DNA of 64,000 bases from Stegostoma tigrinum (GCF_030684315.1 NC_081393.1:9621565-9685564), one strand, 5' to 3'; positions 42,585-55,400 are shown, numbered from the stretch's first letter. Translations and numbers: made by a program. Notes: generated from the letters alone by a model not told the origin.

Positions 42585-43125
42585 GGGAGGTGATGTCCTA
42601 GAGTATTATCACTGAACTGTTAATCGAGAGACCCAAATAGTGTTCTGGGGAAGTAGGAACTGCAGATGCTGGAGAATCTGAGATAACAAGGTGTAGAGCT
42701 GGATGAACACAGCAGGCCAAGCAGCATCAGAGGAGCAGGAAAGCTGACGTTTCAGGCCTTGACCCGAAAGGTCCGAAACATCAGCTTTCCTGTTCCTCTG
42801 GTCCTGCTTGGCCTGCTGTGTTCATCCAGCTCTGCATCTTGTTATCTCTAATATTCTGGGGACCTGGATTTGAATCCCACCATGGCAGATGGTGGAATTT
42901 GAATTCAACTTCCAAAAAGTTCTGCAATTAAGAATCTAATGATGAGTATAAAACTATTGTTGACTGTTGGAAAATCCCCTTTAGGGAAAGAAGCTGCCAT
43001 CTTTACCTGGTCTGGCCTACATATGATCGCAGACCACAGCTGTTGACTCTCAACTGTTCTCTGGGCAATTAGGGGTAGACAATAAATACTAACAACACCC
43101 TCATCCAGTGAATGAATAAACAAAA
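42585..43125 (+). mobile_element. tRNA-derived SINE (second family), interrupted by the fold-back element
   Basis: Shares GAATCCCACCATGGCAG, TTTAGGGAA.GAA, ACCTGGTCTGGCCTACAT and a GCAATTAGGG...CAATAAAT tail with copies at ~2110-2470, ~33365-33715 and (minus) ~40150-40440. Confidence 0.7.
42652..42848. mobile_element. Fold-back PLE-derived short element inserted in a SINE
   Basis: Arms 42680-42759 and 42769-42848 are inverted; the tail is on the left only. TSD TA(G/A)T(G/A)TTCTGGGGA at 42638-42651 and 42849-42862. Confidence 0.85.
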
Positions 43126-43204
43126 CTAAATTAAAGCAGTTGCCTATATTGGCTGTTCAAAAAAGATAGGAACAAGAGCAATTCTAATTTACACAGTTTT
43201 TTTT

Positions 43205-44592
43205 GGATTTTGCCCATGCCTCCAACTGATCTACATCCTGTTGTATCCTCTGACAATCTCTCTTACTATTCACCACTCCATCAATCTTTATTTGTCTGTA
43301 AACTTACTCATTAGACGAGCGACATTTTCATCCAAAGCATTTACATAGATCACGAACAGCAGAGGTTCTAGCACTGACCCCTGTGGAACACCACTATTCA
43401 CAACACTCCATTCTGAAAAACATCTTTCCACTGCTGCCCTGTCTCCTATGATTAAGTCAGTTATGTATCCATCTTGCCAGTTCACCCCGATACCATATAA
43501 TTTCACCTTTTGTACCAGTCTGCCTTTATGGACCCTGTCAAAAGCTTTACTGAAGTCCAGGTAGACAACATCAGCTGCTTTTTCATCATCAATCGTCTTC
43601 ATCACCTCCTCAAAATATGTGATCAAGTGAGTGAGGCGCAACCTCCACGACATAAAAACATGCTGTTTAGTGCTGAATCCATCCATTTGCTTCTAAATGC
43701 CTGGAGATCTTGTCCCAGAGAATCTTTTCCAAAAATTTCCCAACCACCAATGTGAGGCGCACAGGCCTGTAATTTCCTGGATTGTCCTTGTTACCCTTTC
43801 TAAACAATGAGACGACGTTAGCTATTCTCCAGTCCTCTGGGACATCACCTGTGGCTAAGGAGGATACAAAGATATCTGTCAATGCTCCAGCTATTTGTTC
43901 TCTTGCCTCCCTCAATATTCTGGGATAGATCCCATCAGGACTCGGGGACTTATCCATCTTAATACTTTTTAATTAATACAACACCTCTTCTTTTTGATAG
44001 CAACTTGGCTGAGAAATTCAAAACTACCTTCCCTGAGATTGTCCTCCACCAATTCCTTCTCTTTGGTGAATACCAATACAAAGTATTCATCTAAGTACAC
44101 ACGCACCTCTTCTGGCTCCACGTATACATTCCCTCCTTTGCCAGTGAGTGGACCAACCCTTTCCTTGGCTACCCTCTTGCTTTTCAGGTATGTACAAAAT
44201 GCTTTGGGATTCTCCTTAATCCGGTTTGCTAACGACTTTTCATGACCCCCTTTTTACCCCTTCTAATTCCTTGCTTCAGTTCCTTCCTACTTTCCTTGTA
44301 TGCTTCAAGAGCTTCATCAGTTCCCATCCCCCTAGACTTTACATATGCTTTCTTTTTCTTTTTGACCAAGGTTATAACATCCCCGGTCATGCAAAGTTCA
44401 TATAACTTGCCAAACCTATCTTTCATTCTTGCAGTAATGTGCTGGTCCTGAACTCTTATCAACTGCCGTATGAAATACTCCTCTATGTCCAATATGAATT
44501 TACCCGCAAACAGCCACCTCTAATTAACACACATCAGTTCCTGTCTAATATTGTTGCAGTTCACCTTCCTCCAATTTAACACCTTCACCAGA
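43205..44592 (-). mobile_element. CR1-type LINE ORF2 fragment
   Basis: DKSPSPDGIYPRILRE, PEDWRIANVV..F.KG....PGNYRPV.LT, DVVYLDFSKAFD and SGVPQGSVL.PLLF. Confidence 0.92.
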
Positions 44593-45064
44593 GGAAATAA
44601 GCCTGTGGTTCACACGTGTTTGAAGAAACATTTTGTCAATACGATCCTTCTCTCCACAAGGTGTTCTTCTGCAAAACACACCCTTTTCTCCACGGACTGT
44701 CCATTCAATTGTTCTAACGGCTCCCACTCAGTTCCCTCCCTTTTGGTTGGGAATGGTGGGGCAGAGTTGGGAGGAGAGGGTGTACATTCTGTTACTCATG
44801 TTTTTCACTTGCAGAGTTCACTGTACCACATTTAAAATCTGGTCTGATTCAAACACAGTGAGGTTACACTTCCCATGAGGATTTTCACCACTATTCATAG
44901 GAAAGAGTTCTGACAGAACAAACCAATTTCCAAATGGCTGTTGGTGTGGAACAGATTTTGGGAAATTAGATATTAATGTGATGAAGCCATAATATATGAC
45001 TAATTATTCAGATGCCCAAAGTAACATTCTGGGGATATTGAATTGAACCCCGTCCAGCAGATGG

Positions 45065-46500
45065 TGAAACATATCTGGTGATACAGAAAATTTCCAAGGC
45101 ATTCCTTGTCCACATAGAACAGGAAATTTCCAACCTGGCCAATGACCAGCCAATCGGTCTACTCTTTGTTATCAGCAAAGTAATTGAAAGAGTTGTCAAC
45201 AATGCCATCAGCCGGAACCTAATCAAAAATAACCTGCTGACTTGTGTTCCATTTGGATTTCATTAGGTTGACTCAATCGCTGATCTATGGGTGAAAGAAC
45301 CGACTGCCCTTGACATCAAGGTGGAATTTGACCAAGGGTGATGTTAAGAAATGCGAACATTACTATATTAAATAGGATTCAGGTCGGGGGGAGCTGTCCA
45401 TTGGTTGAAGTCATATCAAGCACAAAGGAAAATGGTTGTGGATCTTGGAGATCGGTCATCTGAGCTCCAGGAAGTCGCTGCATAAGTTCCTGAGGGGAAT
45501 GTCCTTGATCCTAACTTTTTCAGCTGCATCATCAACGACCTTTCTTCCATTATAAGATCAAAGATGGGATGTTTGATGATTGTACAATGTTCATCACCGT
45601 TCCCAATCCTGAGATATTTGAAGTGTCCAAATGTAGCACACTTGTACAACATTCAAGGTTAGGGTGACCGGTCTTGTCTACATGTAGCACGATCTGGACA
45701 ATATCCAGAGTTGGGCTGATATGTGGCAAGTAATATTCATGCCAAATAAGTGCCAAGAAGTGGCAATCTTCAACAAGGGAGAATCTAATCATCACCCTTT
45801 GGCATTCAATGGCAATACCATCACTGAATATCCAACTATCAACATCATGGGTTACCATTTCGGAGAAAATGAACTGAAACAGTCTCGTAACTATTGTGGA
45901 TATCAGAGCAGCATCACAGCAGTCTAGGTGCAAAAGATGGACTATTGTGTCTGCACCAGCCCTTCAAAGGAACATCATTACCTACTGCCAGTGTCCTGCT
46001 TTTTTCCCATATTTTTGTGTCTTATTTCTACACAAGTAATCTTCCAGAACACAGTTGCAGAACAGGTGAGACACTGAGAATTACGCAGCATGTAATTCAA
46101 CTCTTGACAACTCAAGCCTGTCCACAATCGCTGAGGCACAAGTCAGGAATGTGATGCAATCTCCACTTGCCTGGATGAGTGCAGCTGCAATATTCAAGTA
46201 ATTCAAAAGCATTCAAAATAAAGCAGTCCACTTGATTGTCATTCAACAATCACTTCCTCCACCACTGACGCATACTGGAAGCAGCGTTTACCATCTGCAA
46301 GATGCACTGAACAGCACTGCCACAATCTTCTGACAGCATCTTCCAAACTTGCAATCTCCACCCTGAGAAAGTAACGTGTAACAGATGCATTGAAACCACT
46401 AAGTCCAAATTTCCTTTCAATACACACACCTTCCTGACCTGGAAATTGTAGCTGTTCCTTCACTGAGAGTGGTTTAAAGTGCTGGAAATGTCTCCATAAC
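45065..46500 (+). mobile_element. Second LINE family RT fragment, decayed
   Basis: SNLAN..PI.LL.VISKV.E.VVN, ALDIK..FD and WQVIF.PNKCQ motifs. Same family as 35695-37800. Confidence 0.78.
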
Positions 46501-47159
46501 AAGATATGACACAGTAAAAGTTCAAAGAATTCAGTTTAAGGGACAGCAACTTAAGCCTCAAAACCAGTGTCCTCAATTTAAATAAGAGCAATTACAGTAG
46601 GACAAAGAAAGAGTTGTCTGAAGGGGGAAAGAAAGTAGACTTAGGGTTAAGACTCACAGTCAGTACGTGAACAGTGACAGATATTTAGGGAGACATTTCA
46701 TAATGCTCAGCAAAAATTTATTCTGGTCAAGAATTTGACAGAACGATGAACCAGACAGTCAAGGGAGTTTTTGATGAAAACCAAGGCATACAAAACAGCA
46801 AAAATGAATGGTAGGCTGGAGGATTGGAATTTGGTTTTTAGGAACCAACAGCAGATGACTGAAAGCTGAAAAAAGAGAAAACTGATTAGGAAAGTAAACT
46901 AGCAAGAAACATAAAAGCAGGATTGGAGCTGACAGTCGCTGCTCAGCAGCAAGCCACTGACTCCAATTATGTCCTAAATTGTAAACACATTTTGTGTTTT
47001 ACCTTTTGAAGAATACACAAGGACATGGGTTGAAAAGGCATTTTCAACACTTCTTGAGAGGACAAGTGGAGTTGATCACTATTTTGTGTACCAACCAACA
47101 TTTGAGAATTGAGTCCTGTGAAGGTCACATCAGAAAGCTATCCTCTCGTCGCCCTGTGT

Positions 47160-48012
47160 TAAGAACATAAGAACTAGGAGCAGGATTAGGCTATCTGGTC
47201 CCTTGAGCCTGCCCCACCATTTAATAAGATCATGGCTGATCTTCGAGATTCAGCTCCACTTACCTGCCCACTCACCATAACCCTTAATTCCTTTACTGTT
47301 AAAGAATTTATCTAGCCTTGCCTTAAAAACATTCAGTGAGGTAGCTTCAACCACTAAACTGGGCAGGGAATTCCACAGATTCACAACCCTTTGGGTGAAG
47401 AAGTTCCTCCTGACGTCAGTCCTACATCTGCTTCCCTTTATTTTGAGATGATGCCCTCTCGTCCTAGTTTCACCTGCTAGCAGAAACAAACCTCCCTGCC
47501 TCCACCTTATCTTTTCCCTTCATAATCTTATATGTTACCATAAGATCTCCCCTCATTCTTCTGAACTCCAATGAGTATAATCACAGCCTATTCAGTCTGT
47601 CCTCATAATCCAACCCTCTCAACTCTGGAATCAACCGAGTGAATCTCCTCTGCACCCCCTCCAGTGCTAGTAGATCTCTTCTCAAGTAAGGAGATGAAAA
47701 CTGCACACAGTACTCCAGGCATGGCCTCACCATGACCCGATACAGCTGCAGCATAGCCTCCCTGCTTTTAAACTCCATCCCTCTAGCAATGGCAGACAAA
47801 ATACCATTTCCCTTTTTAATCACCTGCTGCGCCTGCAATCCCACCTTCAACCATTCATGCACAAGGACATCCAAGTCCCTTTGCACAGCAGCGTGCTGCA
47901 AATTTTTTACCATTTAAAACATTGTCCATTTTGCCGTTATTCCGACAAAAATGGATGACCTCACAGTTATGAACACTGTACTCCATCCGCCAGACCTTTG
48001 CCCACTCACTTC
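47160..48012 (-). mobile_element. CR1/HER1-type LINE 3' end
   Basis: LYRVMVRPCLEYCVQF.SPYLR.D and TRGH.LK...RRNFFTQRVVNLWNSLP motifs; TAAGAACATAAGAAC tail. Confidence 0.92.
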
Positions 48013-48117
48013 GACTCACTTTGTTGTGGGTGCGTGAAAACCACTCTCACTCTGAGTGCTGTAAACTAATTTCAAAGGGAATCAGGACAAAGAAAACATC
48101 AATCTACAAAACCAAGA

Positions 48118-48505
48118 ATCTGATTTGATTTATTGTCACATGTACCTAAATCCAGTGAAAGGCTTTGTTTGTGAACAGTACAGGCAGATCATAGTAAGCA
48201 AGGACACACAGATCATACAGTGAAAAAAAACTTGGAGAGAGTGAGACAAACAGGTTACACCACACAGGCAATGTGCTGGGCAAGATCAACATTAACAGGA
48301 TTATCATTATTTGAAGTTAGAGAGACCATTTATAAGTCTAATAATGGTAGAGAAGAAGCTGTTCTTGAACCCACTGGTGCATGTGTTCAACCTTTTGTAT
48401 CTTCTGCCTCATTGGAAAAGGTTGTAGGAGAGCATTACTGGGGCGGGGTGGGTCTTCGATGATGTTGGCCAGCTGTTCTGTGGCAACAAGACCCGTAAAT
48501 GAAGT
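48118..48505 (-). mobile_element. Probable Rex1/Babar-like LINE 3' fragment
   Basis: Microsatellite-like tail (GATTT)n-ATTGTCAC and an AAGAAGCTGTTCTTGAAC block; family assignment from recall only. Confidence 0.45.
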
Positions 48506-48522
48506 CTTTTTAGGCAGCTGTG

Positions 48523-48732
48523 ATAATGGGAACTGCAGATGCTGGAGAATCCAAGATAACAAAGTGTAGAGCTGGATGAACACAGCAGGTCCAGCAGCAT
48601 CTCAGGAGCACAAAAGCTGACATTTCGGGCCTAGGCCCTTCTCTGATGAAGGGTCTAGGCCCGAAACGTCAGCTTTTGTGCTCCTGAGATGCTGCTTGGC
48701 CTGCTGTGTTCATCCAGCACTACACTTTGTTA
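48523..48732. mobile_element. Fold-back (palindromic) PLE-derived short element with intact hammerhead-like core
   Basis: Arms ~48554-48641 and ~48648-48735 are reverse complements. TSD TCTTTTTAGGCAGCT(G/A)TG at 48505-48522 and 48733-48750. Confidence 0.88.
48643..48670 (+). ncRNA. Minimal hammerhead ribozyme-like motif
   Basis: CUGAUGA-A-GGGU(CUAG)GCCC-GAAA-CGUC: conserved core boxes, 4-bp stem II, loopless palindromic stem III (ACGU) and a GUC cleavage triplet. Stem I is only ~2 bp, so activity is unproven. Confidence 0.6.
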
Positions 48733-51700
48733 TCTTTTTAGGCAGCTATGTAGTTCTATTTGTTCCTTAAAGATCTCATACAAGCACGATGGGCGAGATG
48801 GTGATCTGTGCCTGAATACTCCACATCTCAAAAGAGAAGTTATCAGGATTCTCAACACTGATCGCAACAGTGATAAGTACTTTAAAGCTACTGGCCATAA
48901 ATGCTTTGGGATATCCCAAGGTAGTGTAAGAAGTTGGAAAACTGCAAGTCTCTTTTCACGTTTGGCTGCAGATTGCACGTGTGAGCCCCAGAATTGAAAG
49001 CCAACGAATTCTCGCAATATCGGAACAGCACTTGGCAGCTCCCGAATCTATTAGCTGAGGGCAACACGGCGCGAAGCATCATTTGGAAAACGAGGAGGGA
49101 TGATACCCTTGGAAAAAATACCATTGAATAAAAAGACGCAGATCTCGACCACAGCGTGGCGCTCTTCATCCTCAGTAAGTGCGCTGTTCTTTTTCAAACG
49201 CCTCCTGTGGGTTTCGGGAGGTGCAACATCTGCTAAACAAAGAAGCCCAGACGCGAGTTGACATTGATTTGAGGGGAGAGTTAACCCATGGTGTAATATT
49301 GCCTGCAAAAGCGCCAGAAAAAGTCAATGAAGTGCAAGCACGAATTAGAGTGGCGCTAAATCACCGGACATTAGAGTCCTGAGTTTAGAAAACTCCACAT
49401 GCTGCCTGAGCTGCAGGTGTGTATCTCGATGTAAAAATTTGTTAATGTATGAGCCAGTCTCCTGTGTTTTTTTTCTGGCTATTAATTCATGTATCATCTT
49501 TGTTCAGGAAATGTTCGCGATGCTACAGTGTTAGAAATTCAACGTCAATCATCTTTGATTTCATCATTAAAGCAGGAGACGGGGCGGTAAATCCGAGCCC
49601 TGTCTGATGTTACTAATTTGTGATAGTTTTGCTGTTAAACTTGTTTGATTATGGCTGGCGCAAATATTGAAAATCAACCCGAGTTGGGGGTGTGGGAGTG
49701 TTGTTTGACGTTGGTGGGGTGGAGAGGGTGGTGGAAGTGGGAGGGAGAATGGAATTGACACAGACTTTGGGAAGAGGGAAATGCAAAAGGTATATGAAAA
49801 GGTGCTTCAATAAATGTGTGTGATGTCGATTACACGAACCGTAACACAATAAGTCTTGATTCCAAGCCGAGTATCCTGTGAGGCAGAATAATCAGAACAA
49901 AGTTGGTTGAAATCACGGCAGGAAAATAAACAAGACATTCCAGCCCCTTTTAAAAATCGTAAGCGGGAAGTAAATGCCTTTTATTTGAACAAAATAAAGA
50001 CACGACCTAAAATTATTAGCAGGTAATTCATGGTATTGGGATTTTTTTTTCTGTCTGCATTTTTGCCGTCTCTATCATTATGGATAATGAGGAAGGGGTG
50101 ATAAATGTCGGGGCGGGGGCGAGAAGGCCAGGTCGTTTTGCGAACTTTGAATCTCCCATATCCAACAAAAAGTAGCGTGTATTTTCCCGAATAATTACCG
50201 GATAAATAAATACTTCATTGACAGATTCAATGAGTTCAAAAACTGTGTGTGAGGAAACTTCGCCCCGGGCTGTGACAGAATCTTATCAAGGACAGCAAGG
50301 GGTCCAATTATCCCTCGCAGTTTTAATATTCAGAGTTTCTTATGGGATATAAACTGCTGCCTGCTAATTGTCAGAGTGCATGTAAATACATGATGATTAT
50401 TAAGGGGGAATGATTCAATCAATCTGTTTATCTACACCACCACCGCCTCCTCCCATCCCACCGCCTACCGTCTGCTCAACGTGTGTATGTGTAAAACCCG
50501 AAGTAAGGTCCTTGATTCCAGCTAAAAACGTGCATTTTATGTGTCTTCTGACCTGGGGCAAAATAAAAATCATCAGACCAACACTTCATCACTGAAGGTT
50601 AGGGAACCAAAAGTACCACAAAATGAGTGTAAAAGCCGAGATCAGGCGGACTGCAGCAAGCATTTTGAATTCGTAGATTCTTGGTGATTCTGCGTATGAC
50701 TGCGAAGCCCTCGCGATTCAGAATGTACTTCGTTCTTCCTCTTGATTTAAAAAACACCTTGCAGAACCGACTTCACTAAAGTATCTGGAAATTTTGAAAG
50801 TGGCCAGGATGGGCTGACACGAGAAACGATACCGACTAAGTACAAGTTAATACAGAAAAATTCAGGTCAGAGCGATCAGCCATTGTATGTCCTTCTGATT
50901 TTCGCGGCGTTTTATTGTTTGGGAGCAGAGAGTAGAGTGGGATTAGGGAACAAAAGCGATCTGGATTTGGTAAATCCATCAATAAGAGAAAAAGAAACTA
51001 AAACTCTGAATGGAATTGTCATACGTTGACCGGGGGCGCTGCGCGGTGTATGTCCCCATGTCAGTTGTTAAATTATAGTAATGTTAATTGATATTACACG
51101 AAAAATCTCAAACTACTGTCAAACGGGACACGGTACTGTATAAACTTGTATCTGTTTAATCTATTTAATGGTCTGTGTATTTGGTGTACACTCTGATGTA
51201 TGTAAGGTTTCTTTTCCTCAATGCTGAATAAGAGTTTCCATCTGATAGATTTCATTACTGCATCATCCCTTTTAACAAGCTACGCGATACTTCCTTTAAT
51301 CCCTGGTTCATCATGTGCCACCTCTGCTCTGCCGTTTATCCGTACAGCTATCAAACATGCTATCGTGTGAAACCCTTGATCATCATACGATACACTAATT
51401 GACGAAACTGACCAAAGCAGCAGGCTCTGGACACCAAAAGGCGAAGCGGGGAAGACGCGAGATCAAACCTCGACTCGCAAACAAAACTGAGTTTTCGAAG
51501 TCTGTAGATTTCAGATTTAAAAATGAAAAGAGACGGGGAGGAAACAGCGCAAGAGACTTAACAACATATTTGACCTATCTAAAAAACGTACATACATATA
51601 TAAAATATGCGCATATATGACATTGAGATTGACCATACAGACATATTGTGGAAAACAGTGTAGTAATCTTCTCACTTTCAAAGGACAATACAAGATATTT

Positions 51701-53724
51701 AACCAGATTATCTAGAATCCTTTCGGTTTTTTTTCCAGTTCTTTCGGTTTTAACCGGCACTATACATCTGGTCTGGATCATTATTATCAGGATCTTCAAA
51801 CAGTTACCGTGTGGCAGCTGGCTGGGCCTGGCCAGGGTGACAGTGGTCTGACCCGGCTGAATGCTCGCTGCCCCCGGGCAATGGCCCGCGGACAGACGCT
51901 CCCTTCAGACCTTGGGCTCTGGCGCACGCCTTGCTATTGTCCTCGGGGCCTCAGACTTCGCAGCAACGGAAAGATTTCAATACGGGCAGGAAGGGGACGG
52001 GGAGGGAGGGACGGAGTCGATTAGCATTCTCCACACCCACGGCACAAACAGACAAATCTCATTGAAAACCGCCTTCAGATGGCGGCATTTTAACTATTAT
52101 TTAAACAATGACTAAATTCAACTGATTACTTTCAAGCAGATTACTCACCACTTGGTCGCAGCTGTCATGTTATAGGACTTCACTCCAGTGTCTAATCTCA
52201 CAAACAGTGCACTCACCAGCCAGATCTAACATGAGAATTGCAAATAATATCTGGATCAAAGCAACGAAGAACTGTTCAGCAAAATTGTCGAATTGCAATA
52301 AATTAAATATTACAGATAATAAACGAGCATTTGGATGATGACTATATGGGATAATGGGGATTGTTCCCATTTCTAATATGTTTACCCATTTCGGATTTCA
52401 GAGCCAAAAAGGTCACATTTAATTTACAGGTCAGAGTTTAACTTCGTTTGTCTCAACATTGTTTTTACCACTGCCAAATTAATTTATTTTCTTTTCAAAA
52501 CTGCGTTACATTTCAAAATGAAACAATCAATTCATAATTCTCGAGGAAGCACGACAGCAACAATTTAACCGTGTGAAAAGTAGTTTTCCAATACGGATGC
52601 AATTTGCTGAATGGTATGTTTAGTGTTTATAATGATTCACCTGGTAAACAGACAAGGAATTCACGCCTCAGTTGCATGTTAGGATTTGGGAAACTGATCG
52701 TCCTTGAATCTCCTCTGTTTTTGCAAGGGAACATTGTTGACTAGACAACTTTCCACCAGTTTTACCAAGATTCGTTCAATCAGAAATCGTTAATCTATCC
52801 TGTGATTCTATAACTCCGGCAATTACTGAGAAAAAAATAAATCTGCTTTGGTAATTCTCTCGCCCTTTTAATAACTGTGCGACTGAATCATCAATCTATT
52901 TTCATAAAAATGAAAATCAGTTTAAGAAAAATATAAACAAGCAGTGTTTGTTCTAGGTTATCATGTGATATATTTTATTGAAGGCGGACATAAATTATTT
53001 TTACGTTATTCCCCGAGCTCTTCTTGGATGACCATGCCTTGCACTCAATTAGTTGACTTCCGTCCAAAAATATTGTCTGGATCTGTACCTTTAAGAGATC
53101 TGGGTAACAGCTGAGGGTCGCTCCGGCAGATGGTCTGTGAGCGGAGTGTCATTGTTTCTCACTAAATCTGTTTGCATACCAAGCGTCTCCCCCGCCCTTC
53201 CACCACCGCCCCCAACCCCCGCTAAACAGTCTCACGAACGTCTCCCGTTCCTTTTTCGAAAGCAAGCAAAAAAAGACAAATGGCCATACTAAAAACAAGG
53301 CAAGGATAAACTCACTTCCTAGTGCAACAGTTAGATTCAAAATGTTAACGAACAGAGCCTTCAAATCGTGATGCAATAAATAAATAGATCAGATGGAAGC
53401 GATCGGATCTCTCGGTTAAGTGGTCCTATCTCCATTGTACAAACCATAGGTTCAAGTCTGTTCTGATGCGTGGGAATCGTGACAAATGATTTTGATGCTT
53501 TTTTCGCCAAGTAGCAAACTAACATCGGTAACAGACACCAAGCCGAATGCTTGTGCGTGGCCTTTTTGGACCATGCAACGAATCAACATCGGAGCCAAGC
53601 TCTTTTGAAAAGCATAACATTTCTCCTCGGGTTTGCTCCAGTTAATGTGTTTTTCTACCCAACGTGTAAAAAACAACACAAATCTCGAATATCTGGCAAG
53701 TACTTTTCAGTGAAAAGTTGATTC

Positions 53725-53863
53725 AAATCAATACAGCGTGGAACTGGAGGAGCACAGCAGGTCAGGCAGCATCAGAAGGGCAGGAGAGTTGACGTTTCGG
53801 GTTGGCACCCTTCATCTGTCCTAAATAACTCGAACTCCAGTGTCCGCAGTTCTTGCTGTCTCC
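53725..53863. mobile_element. Diverged PLE-derived short element (inverted arm plus tail)
   Basis: Minus-strand arm with GATGAAGGGTGCCAACCCGAAACGTC followed by a plus-strand tail. Perfect TSD AAAAGTTGATTC at 53713-53724 and 53864-53875. Confidence 0.78.
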
Positions 53864-54624
53864 AAAAGTTGATTCGAGTTAATTACATTGACGAACTTCA
53901 TTGTATGACAACTTTCCAAGAGGTGACGATGTGTAAAAAAAGAGGGAAATTAATATTTTAAAAAACCAAAGAACTGTGATGCTGGTAATCAGAAACATCC
54001 CTTCGGAAATTAGTATTCACACTACAATACTGAAGAACACAGCAATGACATGCCTTTCCTGATATAAAATTACGATAAAGGATCAATAATCACTGAACCT
54101 AAGTATATGACATTGAGAAATTGTATGTCATCATAAAGGATATATAATGTTTCATGATTATAACGTTCAACGAATATTAAAGAAAAATTAAAATGGATTG
54201 TTGTCGGCGGAAATGAATTTACAAAATACGTAGTCCTTCAACAACTTAGTCCTGGTTCGGGAAGGGATTGTTTTAATCGGAAACTTCGGAAGTAATTCTT
54301 AGAATCACTTTCCTTTTGGGTTGATTTAATTTTGTGAAGACGTATATTGGCAGGTGACGGGAAGTGAAGGGGGTGAGATGAAAGGAGTTTATTGTCAGGC
54401 TGAAATCGGCGTCAAAACCATTTCACGCAACTTAATCGGCACCAGGTTTGTATTGGCTTCAACTAAATAATTTTCGCCATCAGTCGTGGAGTCAGAAGGG
54501 CATCGTGGTGAAACAGAGTGAATTACAAGATTAACAGCAACTAGACCCAAAGGAATAGTTACCCGAGAAGATATCGGAAGAAAAGACAGAGAAGTATAAA
54601 TCTGAACGCAATGTATCGCGTGAC

Positions 54625-55400
54625 TGTCAGTACGAGATAAAAACAGAGACAGAGACGGGGGACAGAGATATAACAAAACGACTGAGACGGAGGAAGTCAT
54701 AAAAACAAAATGAGATACAGTGGTGCTGACGGAGAAAAAGACTGATGGAGATAGAGATTTTAAAAAAATAGTGACAGTTTAACAGGTCCGGAGATAGAAA
54801 CAATGAAAACAAAAGTAACACAGAGAAGGACCGTGACACATGGTGACAGAGACAAGGAACGACAGTGATAAATAGTTACACAGAGAGTAACAGAGATGCA
54901 AAGTGATACAGGGTAACAGAGACACTGGTAGAAAACAATAGGGACAGTGACTTCAGAAAGAGAGAACAGTATATACATACAGGGTGACAGGTTCAGAAAG
55001 AAATGACTAAAGAGACAGACAGGGGCACAATGGTCGACACATAAAATAACAAGGGGAGAGAGATACGGTAACACTGGGAGAATGACAGAGCGACCTGGTG
55101 AGGGGAAACGCAGAAACAGAGAGAGTTGCACAATTGAGCGACGCAAGAAATAATGGCAGGTAAAAGTGACAGAGCCAGAGATGGAGGCAGACAGAAAGTA
55201 ACATTAGACTGAGAGAGACAAGAGCAAGAGAGTGACCGGATCGCAGAGGGAGACAGGAACACAGAATTGCGGATACAGTAATGCAGTGAAAATAACAAGA
55301 ACAAACACGGAAGCTGGGAGAGACAGTAACAGGATCAGAGATGGGGAAAAAAGGAACCGAGACAGAAAGACAACTAATGAAGGAGAAAGAAAGAATTGAG
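54625..55400 (+). repeat. Degenerate purine-rich (GA/GACA) low-complexity tract
   Basis: ~780 bp rich in AGAG/GACAGAG words with strong strand asymmetry. Confidence 0.7.

Noticed and set aside
48523-48732. Palindromes as DNA-transposon MITEs, miRNA genes or CRISPR-like repeats
   Set aside because: Arms match the 3' end of GIY-YIG-encoding PLE copies, the tail is one-sided, TSD lengths vary, and there is no repeat-spacer array.
48888-49382. Overlapping ORFs in CpG-rich sequence
   Set aside because: No recognisable protein and no convincing splice pair; better explained as the edge of the EBF2 CpG-retaining domain.
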